A DNA stretch of 41,358 bases, taken from IMG/VR virus record IMGVR_UViG_3300025586_000002. One strand, written 5' to 3'. The stretch is from a virus. The notes under the pieces were generated by a model that did not search any database, was not told the DNA's origin, and worked only from the letters and a program-made list of their open reading frames with translations. Shown here piece by piece: positions 16,935 through 27,402 of this stretch (the stretch's first letter is position 1; each line of letters begins with the position of its first letter). The position numbers were made by a program, and so were the translations under genes.

Positions 16935-19520
16935 ATGGCAAAATACACAATAAACTCAATAGGCGGAATATCGCAAACATACTTTTCAGAAGGTTATCTT
17001 GGCTCCTGTGCGATAGACCCAGACGAAAAAATAAACGGAAGAATTGCTGGTGCGATTTCTCCTGTAGGATATGTAGAAGTTTCTGGTTCTGCGGAGAATG
17101 TTCTTTGGCTTACTCCGAACGACTATAATACAGATGTCTATTATTACACTGCTGGTGGCAGGTTTGGTAAAGTAGATACAAGTTATGATACAACAGAACT
17201 TTACACCTTTGACAATTCAAAAGGTAATGGACTAACATATTACAACAATTATTATTATATTGCTGTTAATACCGACATACACAGATACGGACCAATATCA
17301 AGTCCTTCTTTACAGGAATACTGGTGGACAGGTTTAATAGATACAGAAGAAGCAGGTAAGTATGAAATCAATGTAACTGCCGATGTTGCAAGACCTTCTG
17401 CTGATGCCTATTCACAAGTAATACAAAACCTACGAACAAGATTTGATACTATTTCAGTTGACTTAAAAGATACAGGTACTACTTCTTACGATGTAAAACT
17501 AACAATTCAAAACATTGAACCAACTTCTTATCTAATAGACGATGGAGTTAATTTTAGTGTTGATATACACAACCCCTCTGGTGCTATATTAGCAAGTGCT
17601 ACTCTTAATTCAAGTGGTTTAAGTTCGGCGTTTTCTACACAAGCGTTTACACTAAATAAAGCACTTTATACAACAGACGACTTTGCTGTTACTTTAGAAG
17701 TAGAAACTTCTGGTGCAGGTAAATCATTCACTGTTAGAGAGTCAGACGGAAGTGTAAAAGAAGGAACATACTTAATAGACAAAAGAACTACTTGGAAAAA
17801 AGATATAGTTTATGATAATTCTACATCTGCTTATACTGTTACATCTAAATCTTACACAAAAGCCTATGAATATACAATATCAACTGACCAAACAAAACTA
17901 ACAGAAGACCTAACTATGGAGTTTGAGATATATAATCCTGGTGAGAATGCAATTTATGAAGGTTGTTATATTAGACTTAATGGAAATGACATTACAGATA
18001 GTTCAAACTGGACTTCTAACAAACCAACATACTGGGCAGAAACATTAGTTTGGGCTTCTGCAAGTAAATTTACAAACATAAAGACAAAATATCTAGTAAA
18101 ATTACACCCATCTTTAAATTTAAAAAATGGAGATGTATTAAGTTTTTGGATGTTCGGCGAAAATGCTAGCAGTGGTGCAGCTCCAATAGGAATAAAAAAT
18201 ATAACAAGTGGTTCTTATATCTATCCATACTTCAGGTTTGAAGAAGCGTCTGATACAAAGATTTCAATATCTACCGACTCACTTGCTTTCTTATCACTTG
18301 GAGATAAAACATATCCAACAATAGGAGGTTACGAGATACCAAATCATACAATGCACTTTCATAATGATGGAGCAGTATATTTCTGCGATACACAAAGAGG
18401 TGGTGCAATAGGTAAAATAAATATGGCAGACAGACTAAGTGTTATTGATATTGAAGATGACGGTGTGCCAGATGGTTCTTTCTCAATAGGAGATTTAGTA
18501 AGGGGAGAAACCTCAAACGCAATGGCAAGTGTTATTAAAATAGATACAATTTCTACTGCAACAGACGAACAAGGATTAGTCCTGTTTGGAATTGTAGGAA
18601 CATTTATAGACGGCGAAAACATATTCGCAGAAGCAACAACAATAATAGGAGTAGTAAGTGGAACAGTTCAAAGTGGAATTGCTAATCTTAATTCTGAATC
18701 GTTAGCACTTGACTTGCCTCTAAAATATAATCCTGTAGCAATGACTTCTCTTGGAACAGACTTAATGATTGCCGCCAATTCTACAGATGGAAACTCTGCT
18801 TTATTCTTATGGGATACTTACGCAGATAGTTTTTACAGAGAGATTAAACTACCTTTTCAAAAGACAACAGCACTGTTTTCACACAATGGAACACCTTATA
18901 TCTGGGGTGGAGATGACAGTGGTTATTCACTATATGCTTATTCTGGTGGAGAAACAGTAGAGCCAATAACATACATAGATAATGGGTATATGCCCTTACA
19001 AGGTTCAATAGACGCCAACGGAAATAAGATTTTATGGGGAAGTTCACAAACATACCCAGAAACAAGAGGTTGTGTGTGGGCTTGGGGTTCAAAAGCACTA
19101 TCACCTGCTTTACACAACATAGCAAGTACAACAAGTCAGATTAGTTCAATGAGAGTAAATGATTTAGACAGCAAGTTAATGCTTTGCGACAGCACAGACA
19201 TTTATCAAAAAGGAACAACTTATGACTCTATTTGGAGAAGCGAAATCTTAAGTTTCGGCAAACCATTTGAGGTTAGTGAAGTTATTATTCCTTTAAGCAG
19301 AAAATTAGTCGCAGACGAAGTTATTAAAGTAAAGTTTCTTTATGACAATGAGACACACGAGTCTGATGAGTATGAAATTACACTAGACGATTACCCAGAA
19401 ATGTTTATTAAACTTTATCCACCACAACAAGGAGTATCAAATATGATTATAGAAATAACAATAGAATGTGGAGTAAGTATCTTATTCCCAATTCAAATAG
19501 AATATGATTTCAGAGAATAG
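16935..19520 (+). CDS. large virion/tail structural protein (nozzle or tail-hub candidate by size and order)
   Basis: 861-aa ORF in the tail module. No motif recognised. Confidence 0.45.
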   Translation: MAKYTINSIGGISQTYFSEGYLGSCAIDPDEKINGRIAGAISPVGYVEVSGSAENVLWLTPNDYNTDVYYYTAGGRFGKVDTSYDTTELYTFDNSKGNGLTYYNNYYYIAVNTDIHRYGPISSPSLQEYWWTGLIDTEEAGKYEINVTADVARPSADAYSQVIQNLRTRFDTISVDLKDTGTTSYDVKLTIQNIEPTSYLIDDGVNFSVDIHNPSGAILASATLNSSGLSSAFSTQAFTLNKALYTTDDFAVTLEVETSGAGKSFTVRESDGSVKEGTYLIDKRTTWKKDIVYDNSTSAYTVTSKSYTKAYEYTISTDQTKLTEDLTMEFEIYNPGENAIYEGCYIRLNGNDITDSSNWTSNKPTYWAETLVWASASKFTNIKTKYLVKLHPSLNLKNGDVLSFWMFGENASSGAAPIGIKNITSGSYIYPYFRFEEASDTKISISTDSLAFLSLGDKTYPTIGGYEIPNHTMHFHNDGAVYFCDTQRGGAIGKINMADRLSVIDIEDDGVPDGSFSIGDLVRGETSNAMASVIKIDTISTATDEQGLVLFGIVGTFIDGENIFAEATTIIGVVSGTVQSGIANLNSESLALDLPLKYNPVAMTSLGTDLMIAANSTDGNSALFLWDTYADSFYREIKLPFQKTTALFSHNGTPYIWGGDDSGYSLYAYSGGETVEPITYIDNGYMPLQGSIDANGNKILWGSSQTYPETRGCVWAWGSKALSPALHNIASTTSQISSMRVNDLDSKLMLCDSTDIYQKGTTYDSIWRSEILSFGKPFEVSEVIIPLSRKLVADEVIKVKFLYDNETHESDEYEITLDDYPEMFIKLYPPQQGVSNMIIEITIECGVSILFPIQIEYDFRE

Positions 19521-19812
19521 ATTACAATCAAATAACAGATTAGTTCAACTTGAAAACAAGGTTAAAGACTTATCCATAAAGATAGATAAACAACCGATAG
19601 ACAAGTTGGTTCGCAAAATGGACTCCGAAAAAGATATGCAGTTTACTGGTGGAAAGTTTCAAAAACATATTAGAGAATACTTAGATTTAGATAATAAAAC
19701 ATTAGGTAAAAGTCAAAACCCCTATAGTGGGGTTGTATTAAAAGACCCAGACAATGTGTCCTGGAAAGTAACAGTTGATGTTAGCGGAAATCTAACAACA
19801 ACAGAATTATAA
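19504..19812 (+). CDS. hypothetical virion-module protein
   Basis: 102-aa ORF overlapping the upstream gene by 17 nt. Confidence 0.55.
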   Translation: MISENRLQSNNRLVQLENKVKDLSIKIDKQPIDKLVRKMDSEKDMQFTGGKFQKHIREYLDLDNKTLGKSQNPYSGVVLKDPDNVSWKVTVDVSGNLTTTEL

Positions 19813-19814
19813 AT

Positions 19815-21512
19815 ATGAGTTTACAAACAAATGTGAATCCAGGCACAGTTCCCAAACCTGGAGAAGCGAATTATAAACCAGGCGGACAACCTGTAACGAT
19901 TGAAAGAATAACCGAAGCACTTAAAAAGATTACTTCAAGTGTTGAAGGGTTAAGTCAACCTGCATTAAAGGTGCCAGAACCAGTAAGTGATATTAAGTCC
20001 GCACAGACCATTTTTGATAAGACACCTGCTACTTGGCTTGAAGAACAAGAACAACGCAGACAAGGGGAAATAGAGCGACTAGATAAGGAACGAGAGGCTG
20101 CTAAAGAGGAAAGAACAGGACTTAAAGATAAATTAGGAGATTTCTTTAAAGGTTTAGGTTCCGCCGAAGATAAAGTCAGAGAAGAGAGAGAAGCACTTGG
20201 AGTTCCAGAATCTCTTAAAGGACAACAAACCGCAATAGAAAACATAAAAAGACTTTCAGAAAGTGCAGTTGGTCTGATGACGCAAAGAGATAATGCACTT
20301 GCTGCTATGGGACAACAAGCAATAGCAACTCCTTTTATTACAGGACAACAATCAAGAGTAGCAGACGCTTACGATAGAAGAATTAACACCTTAGGAGCAC
20401 AAGCAGGAGTAGAACAAATGACACTTCAACTCTTACAAGGACAAGTAGAACAAGCAAGAGGATTAGTTAGCGATATAGTTAATGCTTACACCTATGATAC
20501 ACAGATGGAACTACAAAGACATACTATGTTCTTAGACTTAAACTCTGAAGAGATAGCTGGACTTGATGCAGAATATCAAAACGCTCTTAAAGACTCACAA
20601 CGATATTGGGAGAACTTATACAACGAAGAGAGAGCAGATAAGGAAATGGTTCTTAACAGTATGATTCAATTCCCTAAAGCGGGTATTTCTGCTAACGATA
20701 CTCCAGAAATGGTTGCTAGGAAAATATCTTCCTTTATAGGAGTTCAACCAGACGCTGATGTTAAACAATTAGCACTACAATTCCCAGGAGTAGTAGGATT
20801 AGACATGAACCTAACAGAAGCACTAACTGCTATATCTCAAATGCCACAAATTGGAGAAGCTCCAAAAACATTTGGAACTGCTGCTGGTGGATATTATACT
20901 TGGGTATCAGACGGAAAGGGTGGTTGGACTGCTCAAAGAGTAACTGCTGGAGTTAGTCCTGGAGTTCCACCTGGAGATGAACCAATTAAATTTTCATCAG
21001 TAACAGAAAGAGTTCTTAACGATTTACTAAAAGTTTCAGACATGACTGCGTCAGAAAGAGGTAAATGGCAAACAGATATAATTGCATTTAATATGAGAGC
21101 AAACGAACCACAAGGTTGGTTTATACAAAGAATGCAGGAAGAAACTGGATATACTTATCCTAAAGCAACAATGCAAGGTTTCTGGGATGACTTCAAGAAA
21201 AGAACTGGAATAACAAAAACAACATTTCCAGAACAAGTTACTAGTGCCTTTCAGAAAACAAAAGATAATGGATTAACAAGAGAAGAAGGAATGACAACTG
21301 TTCTTATCAAGTTAGCCGAAGCAAAAGGATATAGTCCAAGTGCTGCGAGAAAAATTAAGTTATCAGATTTTCCAGCAGCAGAACGAGGGACAATAGAAAA
21401 AGCATTAGAATCTGTATATGGAAAAGAAAAGGGATTTTTACAAAGATTTGGAGAAGGTGTAAGTTTCTTTAGTAAAGACCCAGTAGGAGCAGTTAAAAGT
21501 ATTTTCAAATAA
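19815..21512 (+). CDS. internal virion / ejection protein candidate
   Basis: 565 aa with a charged coiled-coil-like N-terminal third. It precedes a very large protein, as in T7-like core-protein gene order. Confidence 0.4.
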   Translation: MSLQTNVNPGTVPKPGEANYKPGGQPVTIERITEALKKITSSVEGLSQPALKVPEPVSDIKSAQTIFDKTPATWLEEQEQRRQGEIERLDKEREAAKEERTGLKDKLGDFFKGLGSAEDKVREEREALGVPESLKGQQTAIENIKRLSESAVGLMTQRDNALAAMGQQAIATPFITGQQSRVADAYDRRINTLGAQAGVEQMTLQLLQGQVEQARGLVSDIVNAYTYDTQMELQRHTMFLDLNSEEIAGLDAEYQNALKDSQRYWENLYNEERADKEMVLNSMIQFPKAGISANDTPEMVARKISSFIGVQPDADVKQLALQFPGVVGLDMNLTEALTAISQMPQIGEAPKTFGTAAGGYYTWVSDGKGGWTAQRVTAGVSPGVPPGDEPIKFSSVTERVLNDLLKVSDMTASERGKWQTDIIAFNMRANEPQGWFIQRMQEETGYTYPKATMQGFWDDFKKRTGITKTTFPEQVTSAFQKTKDNGLTREEGMTTVLIKLAEAKGYSPSAARKIKLSDFPAAERGTIEKALESVYGKEKGFLQRFGEGVSFFSKDPVGAVKSIFK

Positions 21513-21514
21513 AA

Positions 21515-24500
21515 ATGAATATCTTTCAACAAATAGCCAACACAAAAATACCAAGGAATAATATATTCCGCCAGATTGCCAAGACACCTGTATTCAGTCC
21601 TTTGACTGGCAAGAGAATAGAAGCGACAATATCAGCTGCAAAACAAGAGAAAACTCTATTTAAAACAGTAGTTGATTTTCTTGACCGTAATATATTTCAA
21701 CCACTACCATTCACACTTAGTCCAAGAGAGAAACCAGAAGTAATGAAAGACCCAACTACTGGAGAGATTAAAGTTTTTGAAGGGTTAGCACCAGTTGATA
21801 AACTCGTGACTACAAGAGGTTTTCTAAAATCTCCAGAAGATATTAACTTCTATACAAAAAATATAGCACCGATAGCGATGATTGCACAACTCCCAGCAAG
21901 AATTGGAGAAACCTTTTTTAGATTTGCAGTACAAACTTATACTAATGTAGCCTCTGTTATAATGGGCGAAGCAATAGAAACAGAACTTCCCTTTGATGCA
22001 AGAAGAATTGCTGCAAAAGAACAAACAATTAAATCAACTGGAGAAAAATTCTTTAAACGTGTTTTTGAATTACAAGAACAAAAAAAACCAGAGACAGCAT
22101 GGGATATAATTAAAATCTCTGCACAAGCTACATTTGATGAGGTTCTGCCAGATTTATTAGATGCTTTAATTGTTGGTAGTCTAACAGACACAGCTGCAAG
22201 ACAAGTTCTTAAGTTCACTAAATATGACCCACTACTAGAGAGAAGTTTATCTGAATTAGGAATACCAAAAGACCTTATATTTAAAATGACAACAAAAGAA
22301 TGGAATAAACAAGTAGTAGATATTCTTAGAAGCGATATATCAATGCAAGATAAATATCAAGCAATTAGAGCTGCTTATTATGTTACTAAGAGATTTACAA
22401 CAGCTGGAGGACCATACCAACTTACTCCAATATATCAAAGATTAGAAGATGTGGCAAAAAGACTAATAGGAATAGACGCTCAAGTTCGGGCAATATCTCC
22501 TATTACTGGATTACCTGGTTATCAACAAGGTGGTATTGGATTAACACTTGAACCACTTAAAGGAGCTAATGTTATTAAAATGCAAGAGCTTCTACAAAAA
22601 GGAGTGTCTATAGCCGATATTGCAAGTAGATTAAAGGTTTCTACCGCAGTTATAAATACAACCATTGTTTCTGTTGGAAAAGAATTGCTTGTAAAGGAAG
22701 CATTAAAGTATAAGAGTGCAGAGGAGTTTGTGAAGGCAATAGATGATGTCAAATACAAAAGTGTTGCTAAGCAAGAAAAGGACGCTGGTTATAAACCTTA
22801 TACACTATCAAAGCAAGAAAAGGGTTTATTGGATACTATAAATCAAACTAGACCTATTGAGGGTCAAAGAACAACAGAAGATGTTAAAACCTACCTAAAA
22901 GACATCTGGAACCAAGCACAAGTAACACCAAGCGTTGTTAGAGAAGCAGCACAAATAACACCAACTACTGTTCAACCAAAAACTCTAATTAGAGAAACTA
23001 CTGGAATTATTAAACCAGAGATGACTGCGTTTAAACAGCGTATGACAGACTATATTAGAGGTATCAGAGAAGGAAGAATAGATATAAGAACAGATACTGG
23101 AGTTGTAATGAAAGAGTTTGAAGAACTACTTAAAACAAGTGGTATCAGCACGCCAGACATTGCTAAATTTATACCAAAAATAAGAGAGATTGTGACATCT
23201 AAAAACCCAGTAGAGAAGTTTGCCGCAGAATATGAAAACATAGAAAGAAGAATAAATAGCCTTATTGAGTTCACTGAAAAAAGAGCCATCTTTAAGGAAA
23301 TTATAAAGGAGATAAAAACTACTAAACCAAAAAAGATTGGTGCCAGAAGGGTTGAGAAGTTTGACTACGAAACAGTAAAAGAGTTAAAGGAATTAAAAGG
23401 AATTAGTACTCTTACAAAAGAAGAAGCAAGGTCTAGTATGCTTTCAATGCCAACAGAGAACTTAACAAACTTTGAAAAAATGAAACTAAGGATGTTAAGT
23501 ATCAAAGGTAATGGAGCAAAAAGTAGCACTGAACTTTATAGGTCTGTGTTAGACGATTTAAGAACACTAAAGAGTGTTGGGTTAGAAGCAAAGTCAGAGC
23601 AGGATTTTCTTAGAGTAGTAGAAGAAAGAGTAGCCATAGACGAAGCCGCACAATCTATAAGTAGAATTAAAGCAGATAAAAAGGACTTAAGAACTCGGTT
23701 CACTAAAGCATATCTTCGTGGGATTGGTAACATAGGTTCAATTCTTAATGCAATAGGCGGACAGGAGTTTGCAACTAAATACGACCCACAACTCGCAGAG
23801 TTAGCTATGGAAACAGCAACTTTCTTTAAAGGAAAAGAACTGATAAGTAAATCTCTTGAGATATTAGAATTCAAGAATAAGAAAGAACTTGGAAATCAGT
23901 TTATAGATTGGGCTGGTGAAGAATATAAAATCACAGACATAGACAATGTTGTAAAAGAGATAACGAAGCACGACATAATGCACATGTATCTTGGTCTAAA
24001 GAATCCAAAAACTAAAGAGATGTTTTACTATGCTTATGGTAAAGACCAAATAGAAACACTTATATCAAATCTTTCTCAAAAAGAAATGGGTTTCGCTGAC
24101 AACTTACAAGAAGTAGTTCAGTCTTATTACCCAGTAATAAATAAGTTTTTTATAGAACAACACGGCAGAGATTTAGGAGTTGTTGAGAATTATTTCCCAC
24201 GCAAAACAGAATATGAAAAATATGATGATACTTTTCGTGTTCAAAGTAATCTTCCTTCTGCTGTAAAAGAGCGAATAAAAACAACAAAAGCATTTCCAGA
24301 AACAGAATCTCCTTGGCTTCTTACAATAAAACACATAGAAGAAGCAGAACACATTTCACATCTATCAAACAAGTATCTGGAACTATCAAAACTTTTCAAA
24401 GACAGAAAAATAAAAAATCTAATAAAAGAAAAATGGGGACAAGACCTCTATGAAGAAATAATAGGTCATGTAGATAATTTAGCATTAAACCAACACATAG

Positions 24501-25630
24501 AAAAACTAGACATTGTTAGTCGTGTTTGGAATACTGGACTTAATAATTGGGTTAGAGCTAAGATAGTTTCACTATCAGTTTTTGCAAGACAGTTAGGTTC
24601 TGTAATTAACTATACAGAAAGAATGCCAACAGTAAAATGGACTAGTGGATTTGCGGAAGGTATCTCTACTCCAAAGAAAACATTTGATTATATGTGGAAG
24701 AACTTTCCAGAGTTAGAAGCTCGTTTCAATCGTGGTTATGATGAGGCAGTTAGAGATGCAGTTAGAGATTCTACAAAATTAGGACTAGGTATGAATAGTC
24801 TTACTAAAGGAACTTCTGCATTGGTTAGAACTGGTGATATGACTGCTATTATATATGGTGGTTATCCATTGTTTAAATACGAACTAGAACTACACGGCGA
24901 TTTAGAAAAAGCAAGAAGGGCTTTCTTAAATGCAACATTAGACTCGCAACAGTCTGGATTAAAATCTTCAATGTCTACTCTTCAGAACAGTGCGAACCCA
25001 ATGGCTAAGACATTTATGAGGTTTAAGAACACACTTAATCAATATACTCGTAAGTTAGGTGATGTTCTTATTCAATACCATAACAAAGAAGCAACAGCAG
25101 GAGATGTCGCAAAAACATTCTTTATTTACCAACTATATGCAGGATTTATATATATTGCTCTTGGTGAAGGAGTAAATAAACTGTTTAGCGAAGCTGGAGA
25201 AATGATTAAAGGAGAAGAAGATGATTTTGATTATAAAGAATTTGGAAGTGATGTTGTTGAACAAATACTTTTACAACCATATATGTCGTTACCACTAATA
25301 GATGAACTCTCAACCTATGCTTATAGAAAGGTTATAGGTAAAAAGACATACGGATATACTTTTGAAACACCAATGATTGGGGATATATGGAGAGCTATAA
25401 ACAAACTAGCAAAAGTAGAACCAACCTTTATGGACTTCTTAGAAGCAATGAGTGGGTTGCAGGAAATTGGAACTGGTTTAGGAACGAATGTTATGTTGAG
25501 ATACTATAATTTATTATTTGAGAAGGAAGAAGAAAATCTATTAATACCAAAAGATGACTCTATGGATATGGAATTTGACTTTGGTTTTGAAGATATAGAC
25601 TTTGGGTTTGAAAATATAGACTTTGAATAA
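21515..25630 (+). CDS. very large internal virion / DNA-ejection protein candidate
   Basis: 1371 aa and the last big gene of the structural block. The C-terminus carries tandem acidic-aromatic repeats, DFGFEDIDFGFENIDFE. Confidence 0.45.
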   Translation: MNIFQQIANTKIPRNNIFRQIAKTPVFSPLTGKRIEATISAAKQEKTLFKTVVDFLDRNIFQPLPFTLSPREKPEVMKDPTTGEIKVFEGLAPVDKLVTTRGFLKSPEDINFYTKNIAPIAMIAQLPARIGETFFRFAVQTYTNVASVIMGEAIETELPFDARRIAAKEQTIKSTGEKFFKRVFELQEQKKPETAWDIIKISAQATFDEVLPDLLDALIVGSLTDTAARQVLKFTKYDPLLERSLSELGIPKDLIFKMTTKEWNKQVVDILRSDISMQDKYQAIRAAYYVTKRFTTAGGPYQLTPIYQRLEDVAKRLIGIDAQVRAISPITGLPGYQQGGIGLTLEPLKGANVIKMQELLQKGVSIADIASRLKVSTAVINTTIVSVGKELLVKEALKYKSAEEFVKAIDDVKYKSVAKQEKDAGYKPYTLSKQEKGLLDTINQTRPIEGQRTTEDVKTYLKDIWNQAQVTPSVVREAAQITPTTVQPKTLIRETTGIIKPEMTAFKQRMTDYIRGIREGRIDIRTDTGVVMKEFEELLKTSGISTPDIAKFIPKIREIVTSKNPVEKFAAEYENIERRINSLIEFTEKRAIFKEIIKEIKTTKPKKIGARRVEKFDYETVKELKELKGISTLTKEEARSSMLSMPTENLTNFEKMKLRMLSIKGNGAKSSTELYRSVLDDLRTLKSVGLEAKSEQDFLRVVEERVAIDEAAQSISRIKADKKDLRTRFTKAYLRGIGNIGSILNAIGGQEFATKYDPQLAELAMETATFFKGKELISKSLEILEFKNKKELGNQFIDWAGEEYKITDIDNVVKEITKHDIMHMYLGLKNPKTKEMFYYAYGKDQIETLISNLSQKEMGFADNLQEVVQSYYPVINKFFIEQHGRDLGVVENYFPRKTEYEKYDDTFRVQSNLPSAVKERIKTTKAFPETESPWLLTIKHIEEAEHISHLSNKYLELSKLFKDRKIKNLIKEKWGQDLYEEIIGHVDNLALNQHIEKLDIVSRVWNTGLNNWVRAKIVSLSVFARQLGSVINYTERMPTVKWTSGFAEGISTPKKTFDYMWKNFPELEARFNRGYDEAVRDAVRDSTKLGLGMNSLTKGTSALVRTGDMTAIIYGGYPLFKYELELHGDLEKARRAFLNATLDSQQSGLKSSMSTLQNSANPMAKTFMRFKNTLNQYTRKLGDVLIQYHNKEATAGDVAKTFFIYQLYAGFIYIALGEGVNKLFSEAGEMIKGEEDDFDYKEFGSDVVEQILLQPYMSLPLIDELSTYAYRKVIGKKTYGYTFETPMIGDIWRAINKLAKVEPTFMDFLEAMSGLQEIGTGLGTNVMLRYYNLLFEKEEENLLIPKDDSMDMEFDFGFEDIDFGFENIDFE

Positions 25631-25660
25631 AACTTGCAATCGCTAACTAAAAATGATATA

Positions 25661-25906
25661 ATGGTAAATAAACTACAAACTAAATACGAAACTAAATACG
25701 AAGTTATGGCAGAACAATTAAAGAACTTGTGTAAGACGCAAGAGGAGTTGAAAGATAACTTAGAAAAATATATTACAGAAGATAGAGCGTGGAAAGATGC
25801 CTTTATAGAAAAACTTGACAAGAAGTATGCAGGAAAATATATTGAGGTTATATCTATCGGTGCGTTGATTGCTATAATCACACAAATTATTAGTAGTGCT
25901 TTATAA
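25661..25906 (+). CDS. small coiled-coil protein with a C-terminal transmembrane anchor
   Basis: The ATG at 25661 is in frame with the TTG at 25634 used by the ORF track. C-terminal hydrophobic segment VISIGALIAIITQIISSAL. Confidence 0.5.
   Translation: MVNKLQTKYETKYEVMAEQLKNLCKTQEELKDNLEKYITEDRAWKDAFIEKLDKKYAGKYIEVISIGALIAIITQIISSAL
25815..25843 (+). promoter_or_regulatory. sigma70-like promoter embedded in coding sequence, facing the lysis cassette
   Basis: TTGACA (25815-25820), 17-nt spacer, TATATT (25838-25843). The -35 is encoded by Leu-Asp-Lys codons (cttgacaag). Confidence 0.55.
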
Positions 25907-25966
25907 AAAAACTCTCCGCCTTAGTTGGATGTCGGAGAGTGAAAAAACCTAGGAACTTTTATCTTC
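25905..25966 (-). ncRNA. candidate cis-antisense small RNA of about 60 nt
   Basis: It lies downstream of a consensus minus-strand promoter (25973-26000). It ends in an 8-bp hairpin (25911-25918 with 25933-25940) that is followed by a U7 run only on the minus strand; the plus strand has A-runs there. Confidence 0.5.
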
Positions 25967-25972
25967 GTACTA

Positions 25973-26000
25973 ATTATAGCATACCTGCACACTGTGTCAA
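25973..26000 (-). promoter_or_regulatory. consensus sigma70-like promoter on the minus strand inside the plus-strand block
   Basis: Minus strand: TTGACA (26000-25995), 16-nt spacer, TATAAT (25978-25973). A second TTGACA lies 9 nt upstream (26009-26004). Confidence 0.6.
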
Positions 26001-26056
26001 GCTTGTCAAGTTTTATTTAGGGTTTTTAGTTATTAAATTAAAATAGTTGTCAAATT

Positions 26057-27217
26057 ATGATAGAACAAATTATCGCCAAATTATATAAAAAATCGCTACT
26101 TTTAAAGGGAAATGTGGTCGGAATGGGTACAGGACTAAAAATAAAAGACGGTTTAATAACGGACAAAACTTGTATTTTAGTCGGTGTTAGTAAAAAACTC
26201 ACAGCGGACGAACTTTCTAAAAAAGACCTTATTCCTAAGAAGATAGCAGGTGTTGAAACAGACATCATTGAAGTAGGAAATCTTGAGTATATGTGGAGAG
26301 GTAAGCACAGACCTTTGAAGATGGGTGCGTCTTGTTGTTGGAAAGGATTGACTGCCTGTTCGGCAGGATTACCACTGTATTCTAAAGACGGAACGCCTTA
26401 TCTTTTAATGAACAGACATTGCTCGGTTCCAGATGATAACAGAGGTATCGCACAAGTAGGAGATGCAGTAATAAATCCTGGACCAGCAGACGGCGGAAAA
26501 GTAACCGACAGAATTGGAGAGATAACACAGATAGTATTTCCAGTATCTTCTAATAGGAAAGATAACATAGATGTAGCGTTAGTTAAACTAGACGCTCCGA
26601 TGAAACACGAAGATGTTGTAGGTACAAAATATATACCTAAAACAAGGCACCTTGTAGAAGCGTTAATGCCTGGTGGTGATTTACTTAAAAGCGTTTTCGG
26701 TGGAGGTAGAACTCTTGGAACAGTTAAAACTTCTGCACCTATAATATCGGTTAATTTCTTAGCAGGTGTCTGGGGTGAAGAGAACGGACAGAGAGTGATT
26801 AGATATTTCCCTAATTCTATTTTAACTCTTAATGAAAGTAAAGAAGGTGGTGCTTGTGTGTTAGGAGGTGATTCAAGTTCTATGAGGCTTTTAGACGGTA
26901 TGCCTTTAGTCCAAACCTTTGCTGGTAGTGATGAAGTAGCAGTGTTTAACCAAGTACAGCGTTCATTAGATTGGATTAAGAACGAGTATGGTTTAGAGTT
27001 ATTCTTAGAACCACAGGTTGCCGAGGAAGGATGGATAGCATTAGGTTCGTGGATGAGTATAGATAGAACAACTGTTATTATTAAGACCCCTGCAAGGTTT
27101 AGAGATGGTGCTGGACTAGAGACCAACACATTAAAAATCCTAAAAGCAGGAACAAAACTTAAAATGGTCGGAGAGTTTATTATTAAAGATAATTACCTTT
27201 GGGTAAAAGTTCAATGA
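26057..27217 (+). CDS. trypsin-like serine peptidase with a C-terminal SH3b-like domain; candidate endolysin (endopeptidase)
   Basis: Catalytic-triad-like motifs MNRHC (His), NIDVALVKL (Asp) and GGDSSS (Ser). The C-terminal segment RFRDGAGLETNTLKILKAGTKLKMVGEFIIKDNYLWVKV is SH3b-like. Small membrane-protein genes follow. Confidence 0.5.
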   Translation: MIEQIIAKLYKKSLLLKGNVVGMGTGLKIKDGLITDKTCILVGVSKKLTADELSKKDLIPKKIAGVETDIIEVGNLEYMWRGKHRPLKMGASCCWKGLTACSAGLPLYSKDGTPYLLMNRHCSVPDDNRGIAQVGDAVINPGPADGGKVTDRIGEITQIVFPVSSNRKDNIDVALVKLDAPMKHEDVVGTKYIPKTRHLVEALMPGGDLLKSVFGGGRTLGTVKTSAPIISVNFLAGVWGEENGQRVIRYFPNSILTLNESKEGGACVLGGDSSSMRLLDGMPLVQTFAGSDEVAVFNQVQRSLDWIKNEYGLELFLEPQVAEEGWIALGSWMSIDRTTVIIKTPARFRDGAGLETNTLKILKAGTKLKMVGEFIIKDNYLWVKVQ

Positions 27218-27402
27218 TTAAGAAAATAGTTAGAGCATATAGAAATGCACCTGCTAATATAAAGTTTGCAGGACAAGAACTTAAAAGACAAGGATTTACT
27301 ATCAGAACAGGTCGTGCTTATATGGATGATTTGAATAAAAAAGCTGGAGATGTAGGTGTATCCGACTTAGTAGCTGCATTAAAAAAGAAATTTAACAAAT
27401 AA
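27214..27402 (+). CDS. hypothetical basic protein in the lysis cassette
   Basis: ATGA start/stop overlap with the peptidase gene. Confidence 0.5.
   Translation: MIKKIVRAYRNAPANIKFAGQELKRQGFTIRTGRAYMDDLNKKAGDVGVSDLVAALKKKFNK

Noticed and set aside
25911-25940. The hairpin after the 25661-25906 gene as the terminator of the long plus-strand late operon
   Set aside because: On the plus strand the stem is followed by tgaaaaaacc, with no U-tract. The U7 run follows the stem only on the minus strand. I therefore assigned it to the minus-strand antisense unit. The first canonical plus-strand terminator is at about 27598-27627.
26398-27129. 243-aa minus-strand ORF antisense to the peptidase gene
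   Set aside because: It is entirely nested antisense within a gene that has clear catalytic motifs. Its product is low-complexity and Ser/Pro/Leu-rich, with no promoter or typical start context. I treat it as a shadow ORF.
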